DNA from: an uncultured delta proteobacterium
Lineage (GTDB): Bacteria > Desulfobacterota > Binatia > Binatales > Binataceae
Assembly (NCBI GenBank): GCA_963842085.1
Contig: CAWJET010000001.1
Coordinates: 704,001 to 768,000, forward strand
Direction: 5' to 3'
Length of the DNA stretch: 64,000 bases
This document shows positions 28,744 to 38,442 of this stretch, one piece after another. The translations under genes and the position numbers were made by a program. A model generated the notes under the pieces. The model saw only the letters and a program-made list of their open reading frames with translations. It did not search any database and was not told where the DNA came from. The first letter of the stretch is position 1. The number at the start of each line of letters is the position of its first letter.

Positions 28744-31239
28744 CTATGTGAGGGGACAAGGCTCAACGTTCCAGATGTCCCTCGCGTACTCCGCGATGGT
28801 ACGGTCGCTGGAGAACTTACCGGACCCGGCCACGTTCAGGATCGCCTTGCGTGACCATTCTTCTGGATCTGCATACAACTCGACGAGCCTGCGGTCCGCG
28901 TCCAGATACGATCTGAGGTCCGCCAGATGCATGTAGTAATCGCCATGCGTAAGGAGGGTGTCCCGCAACGGCTCGAACACGCCACGCTCATTGGGGCTGA
29001 AGTGATCGGAAAAGATCAGGTCCAACGCGGCACGCGTCTCGGGCTCATTGTCATAGTGCCAATGTGGGTTGTACCGGCTTCGGCTATCGGCCACCTGCTG
29101 GGCTGTGAGGCCAAACAAGAAGAAGTTTTCTTCACCCGCTTGCTGCGCCATTTCGATAGTAGCTCCGTCGCGGGTGCCGATAGTCAGAGCTCCGTTCATC
29201 ATGAACTTCATATTGCTGGTGCCGCTGGCTTCGTAACCTGCGGTTGAAATCTGATTGGAAACGTCGCTGGCGGGAATCAGCCGTTCCGCCAGCGAAACGT
29301 CGTACTCAGGGACAAACACGACTTTGATTTGACCTCGCATCGTGGGGTCGTTGTCGATCTTATCGGCCATATTGTTAATGAACTTTATGATGAGCTTGGC
29401 GAGCTGGTAGCCTGGCGCAGCCTTCCCGGCGAAGAAGAAGGTTCGCGGCTGTATCTGCGCATTGGGGTTTTCCAGCAGTCGGTTGTACAGCACCACTATG
29501 CGGAGGGCGTTCAGTAGCTGTCGCTTGTATTCGTGGATGCGTTTAACCTGGCTATCGAAAATTGAATCTGGATCTACCGTTACCCCGAACTTCGATTTGA
29601 GCCAGTCAACAAACCGGACTTTCGTTTGACGAGTGGCTTGACGGAAGTTGTCGCGAAAGGCTCCGTTCCCGGCAAGCGGTTTTAGTTTGCTCAACTGACT
29701 CAGGTCGGTAATCCAGCCGTCGCCGATTGCATCCGTAATGGTGCGGGCCAGCGCCGGATTTGCCAGCAGCAACCAGCGCCGCGGCGTGACGCCGTTGGTC
29801 TTGTTGTTGAAGCGTTCGGGAAACAACTCGGCCAGATCTTTAACCGTCGTGGTGCGCAGTAATTGAGAGTGAATCTCGGCTACACCGTTGGTGCTGTGCG
29901 ACCCGACGATCGCCAGGTTGGCCATCCGTACGTGCTTGTTCGCGCCTTCCTCGATCAGCCTGATCCTGGCGGCACGGCCGTCGTCATCCGGAAAGCGGCT
30001 ACGAACGTCATCGAGCAACCGCCGATTGATTTCGAATATGATCTCCAGATTGCGCGGTATAAGTATCTGAAACCACTCAACCGGCCATTTTTCGAGAGCT
30101 TCGGGCAGGAGCGTATGGTTGGTGTACGCGAGCGTTCTGCGCGTCAGGTCCCAGGCCTCGTCCCAGCCGAGCTTCGCTTGGTCGAGCAGAATCCGCATCA
30201 ACTCCGGCACCGCCATCGCTGGATGTGTGTCGTTGAGCTGTATCGCTACTTTCTCAGGAAGGGCGCTCCAATCGGGATTGTCGTGCCGGAACCGTCGCAC
30301 AATATCGGCAAGCGCGCAGGCGACCAGAAAGTACTCCTGTACGAAGCGCAGGCCCTGTCCCAAACTGGTAGAGTCGTCTGGATAGAGGACTCGGGTGAGG
30401 GATTCAGCCCCCAACCTCTCTGCGACGGCGGCGACGAAATCGCCGTGGCTGAACTCTTGAAAGTTGAACTCGTCTGGAGCGGCGGCGGCCCACAGTCTTA
30501 GCGTGTTTATGGTCTTGCCGCCGTAGCCAACCACCGGACGATCAAAGGGAATCCCTATCAGCGTCGAAGGCCGATCGCTGACCGGATGTAGCGCTCCCCC
30601 GCGGAGCTCAATGGAGCAGTTGAGCTGCAGTTCGACTCTTTCATGCGGACGAGCCACTTCCCAAGGGTCCGGGCGACGCAGCCAATTGTCCGGGCGTTCC
30701 CACTGCCAGCCATCTCGAATTGATTGCTTGAACATCCCATATTCGTAGCGCAGCCCATAGCCCATGGCTGGCAACTGCATCGTCGCCATCGAATCCAGGA
30801 AGCAGGCCGCAAGACGGCCGAGGCCTCCATTGCCGAGACCGGCGTCCGGCTCCTGGTCCAGCACGCCCATCCAATCAAGATTTTTTTCTTTGATGAGTTG
30901 CTTGGCGATGGGATCGAGCAGCAGATTTTGAACATTGTGGGCGAGCGAGCGACCGAGAAGAAACTCTATCGACAAATAATAGACACGTTTTGGATTCCTG
31001 CCCTCGTAGGTTTGCTCGGTCTGGATCCAACGTTGAGAGAGTACGTCGCGTACGGATCGCGCGATGGCTTCAAACCGATTGCGCGCGTCGGCGACCTTTA
31101 TGTCCGTAACACTGTCGAAAAGAAGATGTCGCTCATAGAGCGCCTCATCCGCTCCGACGAATTTCACCGGACCACATCCATACTGCGCCAGGAGCTTGGC
31201 TATGGTCTCGGGGCTCACCGCTCTCACAATAGTTGCCAC
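28744..31239 (-). CDS. glgP: Glycogen/starch phosphorylase
   Basis: GLGNGGLGRLAACF, QLNDTHP, KRIHEYKRQ, EASGTSNMKF. Confidence 0.97.
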   Translation of the reverse strand: MATIVRAVSPETIAKLLAQYGCGPVKFVGADEALYERHLLFDSVTDIKVADARNRFEAIARSVRDVLSQRWIQTEQTYEGRNPKRVYYLSIEFLLGRSLAHNVQNLLLDPIAKQLIKEKNLDWMGVLDQEPDAGLGNGGLGRLAACFLDSMATMQLPAMGYGLRYEYGMFKQSIRDGWQWERPDNWLRRPDPWEVARPHERVELQLNCSIELRGGALHPVSDRPSTLIGIPFDRPVVGYGGKTINTLRLWAAAAPDEFNFQEFSHGDFVAAVAERLGAESLTRVLYPDDSTSLGQGLRFVQEYFLVACALADIVRRFRHDNPDWSALPEKVAIQLNDTHPAMAVPELMRILLDQAKLGWDEAWDLTRRTLAYTNHTLLPEALEKWPVEWFQILIPRNLEIIFEINRRLLDDVRSRFPDDDGRAARIRLIEEGANKHVRMANLAIVGSHSTNGVAEIHSQLLRTTTVKDLAELFPERFNNKTNGVTPRRWLLLANPALARTITDAIGDGWITDLSQLSKLKPLAGNGAFRDNFRQATRQTKVRFVDWLKSKFGVTVDPDSIFDSQVKRIHEYKRQLLNALRIVVLYNRLLENPNAQIQPRTFFFAGKAAPGYQLAKLIIKFINNMADKIDNDPTMRGQIKVVFVPEYDVSLAERLIPASDVSNQISTAGYEASGTSNMKFMMNGALTIGTRDGATIEMAQQAGEENFFLFGLTAQQVADSRSRYNPHWHYDNEPETRAALDLIFSDHFSPNERGVFEPLRDTLLTHGDYYMHLADLRSYLDADRRLVELYADPEEWSRKAILNVAGSGKFSSDRTIAEYARDIWNVEPCPLT

Positions 31240-31295
31240 TTCTCTTCCCTTGTAATTGATCGTCGCGTTCGTAACGGCAGTTCGGCAGCTCGTTC

Positions 31296-31895
31296 TTAGT
31301 GATCCATGAGATGGTGCAAATCATTCCAAAACTTGATTACCGGCCGCGTCAGATCATTTTCATAGCTAAGCGCGCTCAGGCTCGCAGTGCTCAGTAGAAA
31401 ATGTTCCCCAGCCTGCGGTTCGAAGCCCAGCCAGCGTGCCGCTAGTACGCGGAGAAAGTGCCCACTCGAAAAAATCAGAACGTCCTCCTGGAGCGCCCGC
31501 ACACGGCCAACCACACGATCAGCTCTTGCTCCAACCTCGGCGACCGACTCGCCCCCGGGGCAGCCGTCGCGAAATAGCTTCCATCCAGGGCGCTTGGCAC
31601 GGATCTCCTGAGTGCGAAGTCCCTCGTATTCACCGTAATTCCATTCGACCAAGTCGCGATCGACCTCGGCTTGAGCGCCGAACCCAGCCAGCTCACATGT
31701 GCGGCGCGCTCGTTGTAGTGGACTGGTAAATACCTTGGCGAAGAACCGTCTTTGGAGCTGGTTACCGAGGTGGCGGGCGTTACTTTGTCCGCGCTCGGTC
31801 AGAGGAAGATCAGTAAGCCCCGTATGCTGACCCGAGAGACTCCACGCCGTCTCGCCGTGCCTCGCGATGTAAAGCGTCGGGAGCATTTCATTCAT
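31296..31895 (-). CDS. Histidine phosphatase family protein
   Basis: RHGETAWS, SPLQRARRT, EWNYGEYEG, SGHFLR. Confidence 0.93.
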   Translation of the reverse strand: MNEMLPTLYIARHGETAWSLSGQHTGLTDLPLTERGQSNARHLGNQLQRRFFAKVFTSPLQRARRTCELAGFGAQAEVDRDLVEWNYGEYEGLRTQEIRAKRPGWKLFRDGCPGGESVAEVGARADRVVGRVRALQEDVLIFSSGHFLRVLAARWLGFEPQAGEHFLLSTASLSALSYENDLTRPVIKFWNDLHHLMDH

Positions 31896-31916
31896 CGGTC
31901 GGTTCCTTCGGAAACT

Positions 31917-33080
31917 TCAGAACGGCCACTGCCAGTCCGTGATGTCCATCGGATCGATACCGAACTGGTGCGCGTGGTTTTTGCTTTTTATCTGCTGGTT
32001 GAGCAGAAGCTCCCGAACATCGGCTCCTTTAACCTGGAATCGCGGGATCCGGTCGATCGCATCGATCGCCAGGCTAAAGCGATCGGTCTGGTTTTGGATG
32101 GCCAGCTCCAGAGGCGTGTTGATGTTCCCCTTTTCCTTATAACCGCGGACGTGGATGTTCTGCTGGCCAGGGCGGCGGTAGGTGAGTCGGTGAATGAGCC
32201 AGGGATAGGAATGGAAATTGAAGACCACCGGCTTGTCCGGCGTGAAAAGAGCTTCGAACTCGCGATCGGTCAGTCCATGCGCGTGCTCGGTGCTGGGCAC
32301 GAGCTTGAACAGATCGACCACGTTCACAAACCTGATTTTGATGTCCGGCAAGTGCTGTCGGAGCAGAGCTGTGGCAGCCAACGCCTCCATTGTTGGGACA
32401 TCGCCGCAACTTGCCATTACCACGTCGGGTTCGGCGCCCTGATCGTTGCTGGCCCAGTTCCAGATGCCAACTCCCTTCGTGCAGTGCTCGATTGCCGCCT
32501 CCATGTCCAGGTACTGGAGGTGCACCTGTTTGTCCGCGACGATGACGTTCACGTAGTTGACGCTTCGCAGGCAATGGTCCGCGACTGAGAGCAGGCAGTT
32601 TGCGTCAGGTGGAAGGTAGATGCGGACAACACTTGGGCTCTTGTTGGCGACCACGTCGAGGAAGCCGGGATCCTGGTGGGTAAACCCGTTATGGTCTTGC
32701 CGCCAAACCAGCGCCGTGATCAGCAAATTTAGTGATGACACGTCCGCGCGCCACGCCAGTTCGTTACACTTCTCCAGCCACTTGGCGTGCTGGTTGAACA
32801 TCGAATCGACGACATGGATGAAGGGCTCGTAGCTATTGAGCAAGCCGTGTCGGCCGCTGAGGACATAACCCTCCAGCCATCCTTCGACGGTATGCTCGCT
32901 CAGCATCTCCATCACGCGTCCATTGGGAGCGAGCTCGCCGCCGTCGGCGTCCTCCGGGAAGTACTCTCCCAGCCAAACTTTTTTGCCGACCTCGTAGATT
33001 GCCTCTAGACGGTTGGACTGCGTCTCGTCGGGTCCAAAGACCCGGAAGCGGTCCATATTCAGCCGCATGACTTCGCGGAG
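31917..33080 (-). pseudogene. xfp: Phosphoketolase, C-terminal half only (5' end cut at the IS3)
   Basis: FRVFGPDETQSNRL, LSEH, QDHNGFTHQDPG; frame ends exactly at the IS left end; N-terminal TPP-binding half absent. Confidence 0.9.
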
Positions 33081-33168
33081 TGTTCCCCGTCAGCACAAGT
33101 TGGACAATTCGAGGCGATTGAGGAAGAGAGGGTTTTTGGCTCATCTTTAACCGCGGAAGGAGCGGTAG

Positions 33169-33543
33169 ATGAGATCGAAAATCGATGCGCAGTCGGATGG
33201 GGCGGAAAAGGCGGTACGCGACATAAGGCGGGCGACCCGCCGGCACTTCTCGGCTGAGGACAAGGTCCGGATCGTGATCGCCGGCCTGCGCGGCGAGGAT
33301 AGCGTGGCCGAGTTGTGCCGCAAGGAAGGGATCAACCAGAACCTCTACTATCGCTGGTCCAAGGACTTCCTGGAGGCGGGCAAGAGGCGGCTGGCCGGCG
33401 ATACCGCGCGTGAAGCGACCAGCGATGAAGTCAAGGAGCTGCGGGCGGAGAGCCATCAGCTCAAGGAACTGCTGGCCGAACTGATGATGGAGAACCGCCT
33501 GCTCAAAAAAAGCGTGCTGGCGGATGGGGAGTCCGATATATGA
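33169..33543 (+). CDS. IS3 transposase OrfA
   Basis: FSAEDKVRIV...ELCRKEGI...YYRW HTH and C-terminal zipper. Confidence 0.9.
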   Translation: MRSKIDAQSDGAEKAVRDIRRATRRHFSAEDKVRIVIAGLRGEDSVAELCRKEGINQNLYYRWSKDFLEAGKRRLAGDTAREATSDEVKELRAESHQLKELLAELMMENRLLKKSVLADGESDI

Positions 33544-34553
33544 GGTACGCGGCCGCCGAGAAGCTGGAGATCATCCGGCTGGTCGAGCAGTCGTCGCTGC
33601 CGGTGCGGCGCACCCTGGAGCAGATCGGCATCCCACGGTCCACCTTCTATTGCTGGTACGATCGCTATCGAACTCGCGATGATGAAGGGCTGGAGGATCG
33701 CACGCCGGCGCCGCGGCGGGTGTGGAACAAGCTCCCAGCTGCAGTTACTCAGGCCGTGCTCGAGCTTGCGCTCAAAGAACCGCAGCTATCGCCGCGGGAG
33801 TTGGCGGTCTCGTTCGTCGACCAGCAGCAGTACTTCGTCTCGGAAGCCTCAGTTTATCGGCTGCTGAAGGCGCACGACCTGATCACCAGCCCGGCCTTCA
33901 TCTTGATGAAGGCAGCCGACAGCTTCGCCCATCCAACCACCGCACCCAATCAACTCTGGCAGACCGACTTTACCTACCTGCGGGTGATCGGCTGGGGCTG
34001 GTTCTATCTGTCGACTGTCCTTGATGACTTCTCGCGCTATATCCTGGCCTGGAAGCTGTGTACCACCATGACTGCCACCGATGTCTCCGACACCCTCGCG
34101 ATGGCGCTGCGCAACTCCGGGTTGGAGCGCGTCCGCGTCCGGCACCGGCCGCGCCTGCTGAGCGACAACGGACCGTCGTACGTGTCGGCCCAGCTTGGCT
34201 CCTGGCTCGCGGAGCATGGCATGATGCATACCCGCGGCAAGCCCTATCACCCGATGACCCAGGGTAAGATCGAACGTTACCATCGTTCGATGAAGAACCA
34301 GATCCTGCTCGAGAACTACTACCTGCCCGGTCAGCTCGAAGCGCGCCTGGCCGAGTTCGTCGACTACTACAACTCGCGCCGCTACCACGAAAGTCTCAAC
34401 AACCTGACCCCGGCCGACGTCTACTTCGGCCGAGGTCCCGCGATTCTGTCACGGAGGAAAAATGCCAAACTGAAAACCATCGAAGCCAGACGCCGGCTGC
34501 ATCATTCGTTCGCAGCCAAAGGTTCAACTCAGATGGACCAGATCCTCTCTTAA
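33540..34553 (+). CDS. IS3 transposase OrfB (DDE)
   Basis: WQTDFTY, LDDFSR, SDNG, GKIERYH. Confidence 0.93.
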   Translation: MRYAAAEKLEIIRLVEQSSLPVRRTLEQIGIPRSTFYCWYDRYRTRDDEGLEDRTPAPRRVWNKLPAAVTQAVLELALKEPQLSPRELAVSFVDQQQYFVSEASVYRLLKAHDLITSPAFILMKAADSFAHPTTAPNQLWQTDFTYLRVIGWGWFYLSTVLDDFSRYILAWKLCTTMTATDVSDTLAMALRNSGLERVRVRHRPRLLSDNGPSYVSAQLGSWLAEHGMMHTRGKPYHPMTQGKIERYHRSMKNQILLENYYLPGQLEARLAEFVDYYNSRRYHESLNNLTPADVYFGRGPAILSRRKNAKLKTIEARRRLHHSFAAKGSTQMDQILS

Positions 34554-34593
34554 TTCCTGTGCCAACTTGTCCAATAGGTTCTGACGACGTACA

Positions 34594-34965
34594 GCCGACG
34601 ACAAGATAAAGGCGCTGTTGGGCGACAAGGCTTGGACCGAAATCATTAAGCTCCGTGACGCATACACCAAGAGATACACACGACCCGGATTTGTAGCTAC
34701 GACCGACGTCTTGGATTTCACGTATCTTGGACAACTCGGGCAACTTATCCTGGCCAATGATGCTTGGGATATGTTCAAGCCGCTGTTTGTCGATAAACGC
34801 CAATTGCAAGAGATTCTAAGAGACATTACCCCTGTGCGTAGCGACTCGGCTGCTCATTTCCGCACCGTTCCGGAGCGAGAACTGACTCTCTGTAAGATCA
34901 GATGTTCGGATCTGTGCGGAATTTTAGAAAAGTTGCCTTTGGACCCGGAGGAAGAGCCCTCATAA
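34594..34965 (+). pseudogene. Swt1-like HEPN domain protein, 5'-truncated by the IS3
   Basis: LDFTYLGQLGQLI...W..FKPLF...PVRSDSAAHFR; frame open from the IS end. Confidence 0.55.
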
Positions 34966-35114
34966 AGGAGGACATCGCGGATTCTCGGCAATCGGCGTGC
35001 GTAGCTTTCGAGCAATGCGAAAGCCCGTCATCTCCGCAACATCTCGAGAGAATTTATCAGTCATCTTTTGAGAAGTCTGCTCTACGCCGCGCGACGCCTG
35101 GCTTGAGCCCTCCT

Positions 35115-36116
35115 TCACGTTAGACCGTTTCGACCATCGCGCGGCGCGCGGTGTCCGTTCCCATTGGTTCGGCCGTTGGATTTGTGCCGAGCGTCGTAGC
35201 GCTCGAGCTTCCCGTACAGAGTACGCCGAGGGACTCCCAGCATTTCCGATGCGCGGGCCTTGTTTCCGTTAGCGAATTCGATGGTGCGGCGAATGTATTT
35301 CTGCTCGATCTCGTGGAGTGGCGATCCTAGAGAAACCGTGAAAGAAGTTTCCCGGTTCGTGGAGACTCTGATTTCCTCGGGAAGGTCGTCCACCGAGAGT
35401 CGCATCGAGTGCGCCATCAGCACGGCACTCTCGAATACGTTACGTAACTCGCGAACGTTTCCCGGCCATCGATAGGTTTTGAGGGCGCACAGACATTCTG
35501 GATCGATTCCGTCGACTTGCCTCTTAAAATCGTGGTTCGCTTGCTTGATGAAGTGATCAATGAGCGCAGGCAAATCGTCCAGCCGATCCCGAAGGGGCGG
35601 AAGGTGAATGGTGGTCGCAGATAAGCGATAGTAGAGGTCTTCGCGCAGCCATTCCTCGCCGATCGCCTGTTTCGGCGTCCGATTCGACGCTGCGAGAAAT
35701 CGAACATCAATCGGGATTTCACGCGTTCCGCCTACGGGCAGCACTCTGCGCTCCTCGATGACGCGGAGGAGCTTGGCCTGCGCCTCGCTACGCATCTCGC
35801 TGATTTCATCGAGGAAAAGGGTTCCGCCGTTCGCTCGCTCGACGAGTCCTGGGTGTCGCCGATCGGCTCCGGTGAAAGAGCCCTTCTGATGTCCGAACAG
35901 CTCGCTCTCGATCAGGGTCTCGATGATGGCGGCGCAATTGACAGGCACGAAAGGACCCGTTCGACCGGATCGCTCGTGGATGGCCTTGGCTGCTTCTTCT
36001 TTGCCGGTGCCGGTTTCACCAGTGATGAAAACGGAAACTCTTGCAGGAGCGACGCGCTCGATCGCTTCCATGATTCGGCGCATCGGAACTGACTGGCCAA
36101 TCATGACGAACCCCAA
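35115..36116 (-). CDS. Sigma54-dependent activator (AAA+ and Fis HTH, no sensor domain)
   Basis: GETGTGKE, ESELFGH, GSFTGA, LFLDE, WPGNVREL, GNKARASEMLG. Confidence 0.93.
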   Translation of the reverse strand: MGFVMIGQSVPMRRIMEAIERVAPARVSVFITGETGTGKEEAAKAIHERSGRTGPFVPVNCAAIIETLIESELFGHQKGSFTGADRRHPGLVERANGGTLFLDEISEMRSEAQAKLLRVIEERRVLPVGGTREIPIDVRFLAASNRTPKQAIGEEWLREDLYYRLSATTIHLPPLRDRLDDLPALIDHFIKQANHDFKRQVDGIDPECLCALKTYRWPGNVRELRNVFESAVLMAHSMRLSVDDLPEEIRVSTNRETSFTVSLGSPLHEIEQKYIRRTIEFANGNKARASEMLGVPRRTLYGKLERYDARHKSNGRTNGNGHRAPRDGRNGLT

Positions 36117-36181
36117 CAGACCTGTGGATTCTTGACACCTCCTCCACCCCCGCAGCCGTTGACAAATAATTGATCTGGTCG

Positions 36182-36209
36182 TAATGAGTCAAGAGTTTTT
36201 TGATCATTA
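36182..36209. promoter_or_regulatory. Inverted repeat upstream of the CGNR regulator, candidate operator
   Basis: TAATGAgTCAA-N7-TTGATCATTA, with TTGACA at 36159. Confidence 0.45.
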
Positions 36210-36213
36210 AGAA

Positions 36214-36852
36214 ATGGTTCGCACGATTTTCGCATCAGCCTTTGCGAATCCGAGCAAACCTTTCAGGTTTGTTGGCCGCTATTCCTTTCTCGATTTCATA
36301 AACACCGAAGCCAACGAAACGGGTCGTCGCGTCAATTTGTTGACTGACGATCGGGATGTTGTGAATTGGCTCGCTTTAGCAAAGATGTTCGAGCGCAACA
36401 AACTGAAGTCGGCATTAGAACAATGGCAAGCGAGAAAAACAGGCGTGTGCATCTGGAAGGATGCGCTTGTGCTCCGTACGCTACTGCGTCGAATGGCCGA
36501 GGCGATTGTCGCGGACAAGCCGATTCCACGCGCCAGCATCGATGCGATCAACCTCTTGATCGCCAAGCCTTCGGGCGTCACGAAGGTAGTCAAGACTCCC
36601 TGGAAGTTCGAACGGCGATTCGAATTTGAACTGAATCAACCGAAACAACTTCTTGTGCCGCTCGCCCAGTCCGCCGCTGACTTGCTCTGCCGCGGAGATT
36701 TTTCGCGTCTAAAGCGTTGCGACAATTCGAACTGCGCCGCTTTCTTCTACGACACGAGCAAGAACCGGATGCGGCGATGGTGCAGCGGGGCTGAATGCGG
36801 AAACCGGATGAGGGTTGCGAAATTTTACGCCAGGAGTCGAAGCGACGATTGA
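36214..36852 (+). CDS. ABATE/CGNR zinc-finger protein
   Basis: LDFINT; KRCDNSNC..FYDTSKNRMRRWCSGAECGNR. Confidence 0.93.
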   Translation: MVRTIFASAFANPSKPFRFVGRYSFLDFINTEANETGRRVNLLTDDRDVVNWLALAKMFERNKLKSALEQWQARKTGVCIWKDALVLRTLLRRMAEAIVADKPIPRASIDAINLLIAKPSGVTKVVKTPWKFERRFEFELNQPKQLLVPLAQSAADLLCRGDFSRLKRCDNSNCAAFFYDTSKNRMRRWCSGAECGNRMRVAKFYARSRSDD

Positions 36853-36997
36853 AGGCGGACTACCGCTTCAGGTACGCGTCGCCATCCTGACAGTTTCGGA
36901 TTAAACTAACAGTTCGTCGCTCGCAGGTTGAGGTTCGCATAGCGCGTGCCTCGAGGGGACACGCTGACAGTGCATCGTTGAAGCAGGTAAATTCACC

Positions 36998-37801
36998 GTG
37001 AATGAGGAAAGAAGGATTTTGCGGGCTCAAACCTTCGACGACGTCGCGGATCTTTACGACCGAGCGCGTCGCGGCTATCCCGAGCAGCTCTTCGACGATC
37101 TTTTTGCGCTCGCCGAGATGTCGCCCCACGGGTCGCGAATTTTGGAGATCGGCTGCGGGACCGGTCAGGCGACGCGCCCCTTGGCGCGGCGCGGATGCCG
37201 CGTCATGTGCGTCGAGCCGGGGCCGAATCTCGCCCGAATCGCGCGCCGAAACATGGCGGAGTTTCCGCGCGTCACGGTCATCAACCAGCGCTTCGAGGAT
37301 TTCGATCCGGCCGGCGCGACGTTCGACATGGTCTTCGCCGCGACGGCGTGGCACTGGATCGACCCGCAGGTGCGATATTCAAAGGCGGCGAGCGTGCTGA
37401 AGCCCGGCGGAGTCCTTGCCTTCACGTGGGGTACTCACGCCTTTCCACCCAGCTTCGATCCGTTCTTCACCGAGATCCAGAAAGCTTACGACGCGATCGG
37501 CCAAAGCTGGCAGGGTGCATGGCCACCACCACCGCCTGAGCAGGTCCCGGACTTGAGCGAAGAGATCGAGCGCAGCGGCTACTTCGAAGACGTTCGAGTC
37601 GCACGCCACCTGTGGACCACCGATTTCACTGCCGAGGAGCATGTGGCGCTGATGAGTACCGCCTCCGATCATCGGCTCATGGAGCCGACGAAGCGCGAAT
37701 GGTTGTTCTCGGAGATGCGCCGCTTGCACAACGCCCGTCCTGACGGCATAGTGCGCAAGCACGAGCTGACGATCCTGCACGTCGCCCGCCGAAAGCCCTG
37801 A
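36998..37801 (+). CDS. Class I SAM-dependent methyltransferase
   Basis: YDRARRGYP, LEIGCGTG, ATAWHWID, LKPGG. Confidence 0.92.
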   Translation: MNEERRILRAQTFDDVADLYDRARRGYPEQLFDDLFALAEMSPHGSRILEIGCGTGQATRPLARRGCRVMCVEPGPNLARIARRNMAEFPRVTVINQRFEDFDPAGATFDMVFAATAWHWIDPQVRYSKAASVLKPGGVLAFTWGTHAFPPSFDPFFTEIQKAYDAIGQSWQGAWPPPPPEQVPDLSEEIERSGYFEDVRVARHLWTTDFTAEEHVALMSTASDHRLMEPTKREWLFSEMRRLHNARPDGIVRKHELTILHVARRKP

Positions 37802-37845
37802 TTTGAAAAGATTTGTGGCTCGTCGAACCGGCCGTTACTGAGATG

Positions 37846-37879
37846 TGTGCAAAATCTGCACATGTGCAAAATCTGCACA
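37846..37879. repeat. Tandem 17-bp palindrome x2, candidate bEBP enhancer sites
   Basis: TGTGCAAAATCTGCACA exactly twice (37846-37862, 37863-37879). Confidence 0.8.
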
Positions 37880-37924
37880 TGTACGCCTTCAAAGGGGGCG
37901 GTGAACATCCACCTTCGAGATTCA

Positions 37925-37940
37925 TGGGACACTCCTTGCA
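37925..37940 (+). promoter_or_regulatory. Candidate sigma54 -24/-12 promoter
   Basis: TGGGACACTCCTTGCA (GG-N10-GC), downstream of the palindromes. Confidence 0.55.
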
Positions 37941-37951
37941 GACATTTGAAA

Positions 37952-37990
37952 GGGACTGCCCTGATCGAATCGGCCTATCAAGGCAGTCCC
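37952..37990. terminator. Hairpin: terminator of the VOC gene or 5' stem of a small RNA
   Basis: GGGACTGCC...GGCAGTCCC 9-bp stem with inner TGAT/ATCA pairing; TTTC follows on the minus strand. Confidence 0.5.
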
Positions 37991-37999
37991 GTAGCCTCG

Positions 38000-38362
38000 C
38001 TATTCTTCCTGATGGCAAACGGCTTCTATGTTGTTGCCGTCGGGATCCTTCACGAAGCCGCCGTAGTAGTTGGCGGAATATTGGGGACGGAGACCGGGCT
38101 TGCCGTTGTCCTTGCCGCCGGCGGGCAGAGCGGCATCGTAGAACGCCTTCACGGCAGCGCGGTTCTTGGCCACGAATGCAACATGGACAGGTCCGGTCGG
38201 TTCGCCCTTGGCCAAACACAAGGCGGGCGCGTCCTTGGGGCCAAAGACCACTATTCCGTCCGCGTCGTACTGCACGCTGAAGCCAAGCGGCGCCAGCGCG
38301 GCGCTGTAGAAGCGCTTGCTCGAGTTGAGGTCCTTCACCTTAAGCATGATGTGATCAAACAT
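38000..38362 (-). CDS. VOC family protein
   Basis: MFDHIMLKVKDL..SKRFY, HVAF, PGLRPQY, DPDGNNIEAV. Confidence 0.92.
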   Translation of the reverse strand: MFDHIMLKVKDLNSSKRFYSAALAPLGFSVQYDADGIVVFGPKDAPALCLAKGEPTGPVHVAFVAKNRAAVKAFYDAALPAGGKDNGKPGLRPQYSANYYGGFVKDPDGNNIEAVCHQEE

Positions 38363-38442
38363 GACTCTCTCCTTCTCTGACTTTCGTTTCCCCTGACGGC
38401 CAATCCCGTCGATTCTCGGACTAATAGGCAGCCTGGCGCTCA

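Larger units (their letters stand above)
33081..34593 (+). mobile_element. IS3 family element, 1513 bp
   Basis: TG...CA ends; imperfect IRs TGTTCCCCGTCAGCACAAGTTGGACAA / TGTACGTCGTCAGAACCTATTGGACAA; orfA/orfB in -1 frame; A7G at 33505-33512. Confidence 0.93.

Noticed and set aside
37846-37879. Tandem repeat as a CRISPR array
   Set aside because: Two abutting 17-bp units with no spacers and no cas genes; no CRISPR array seen anywhere in the window
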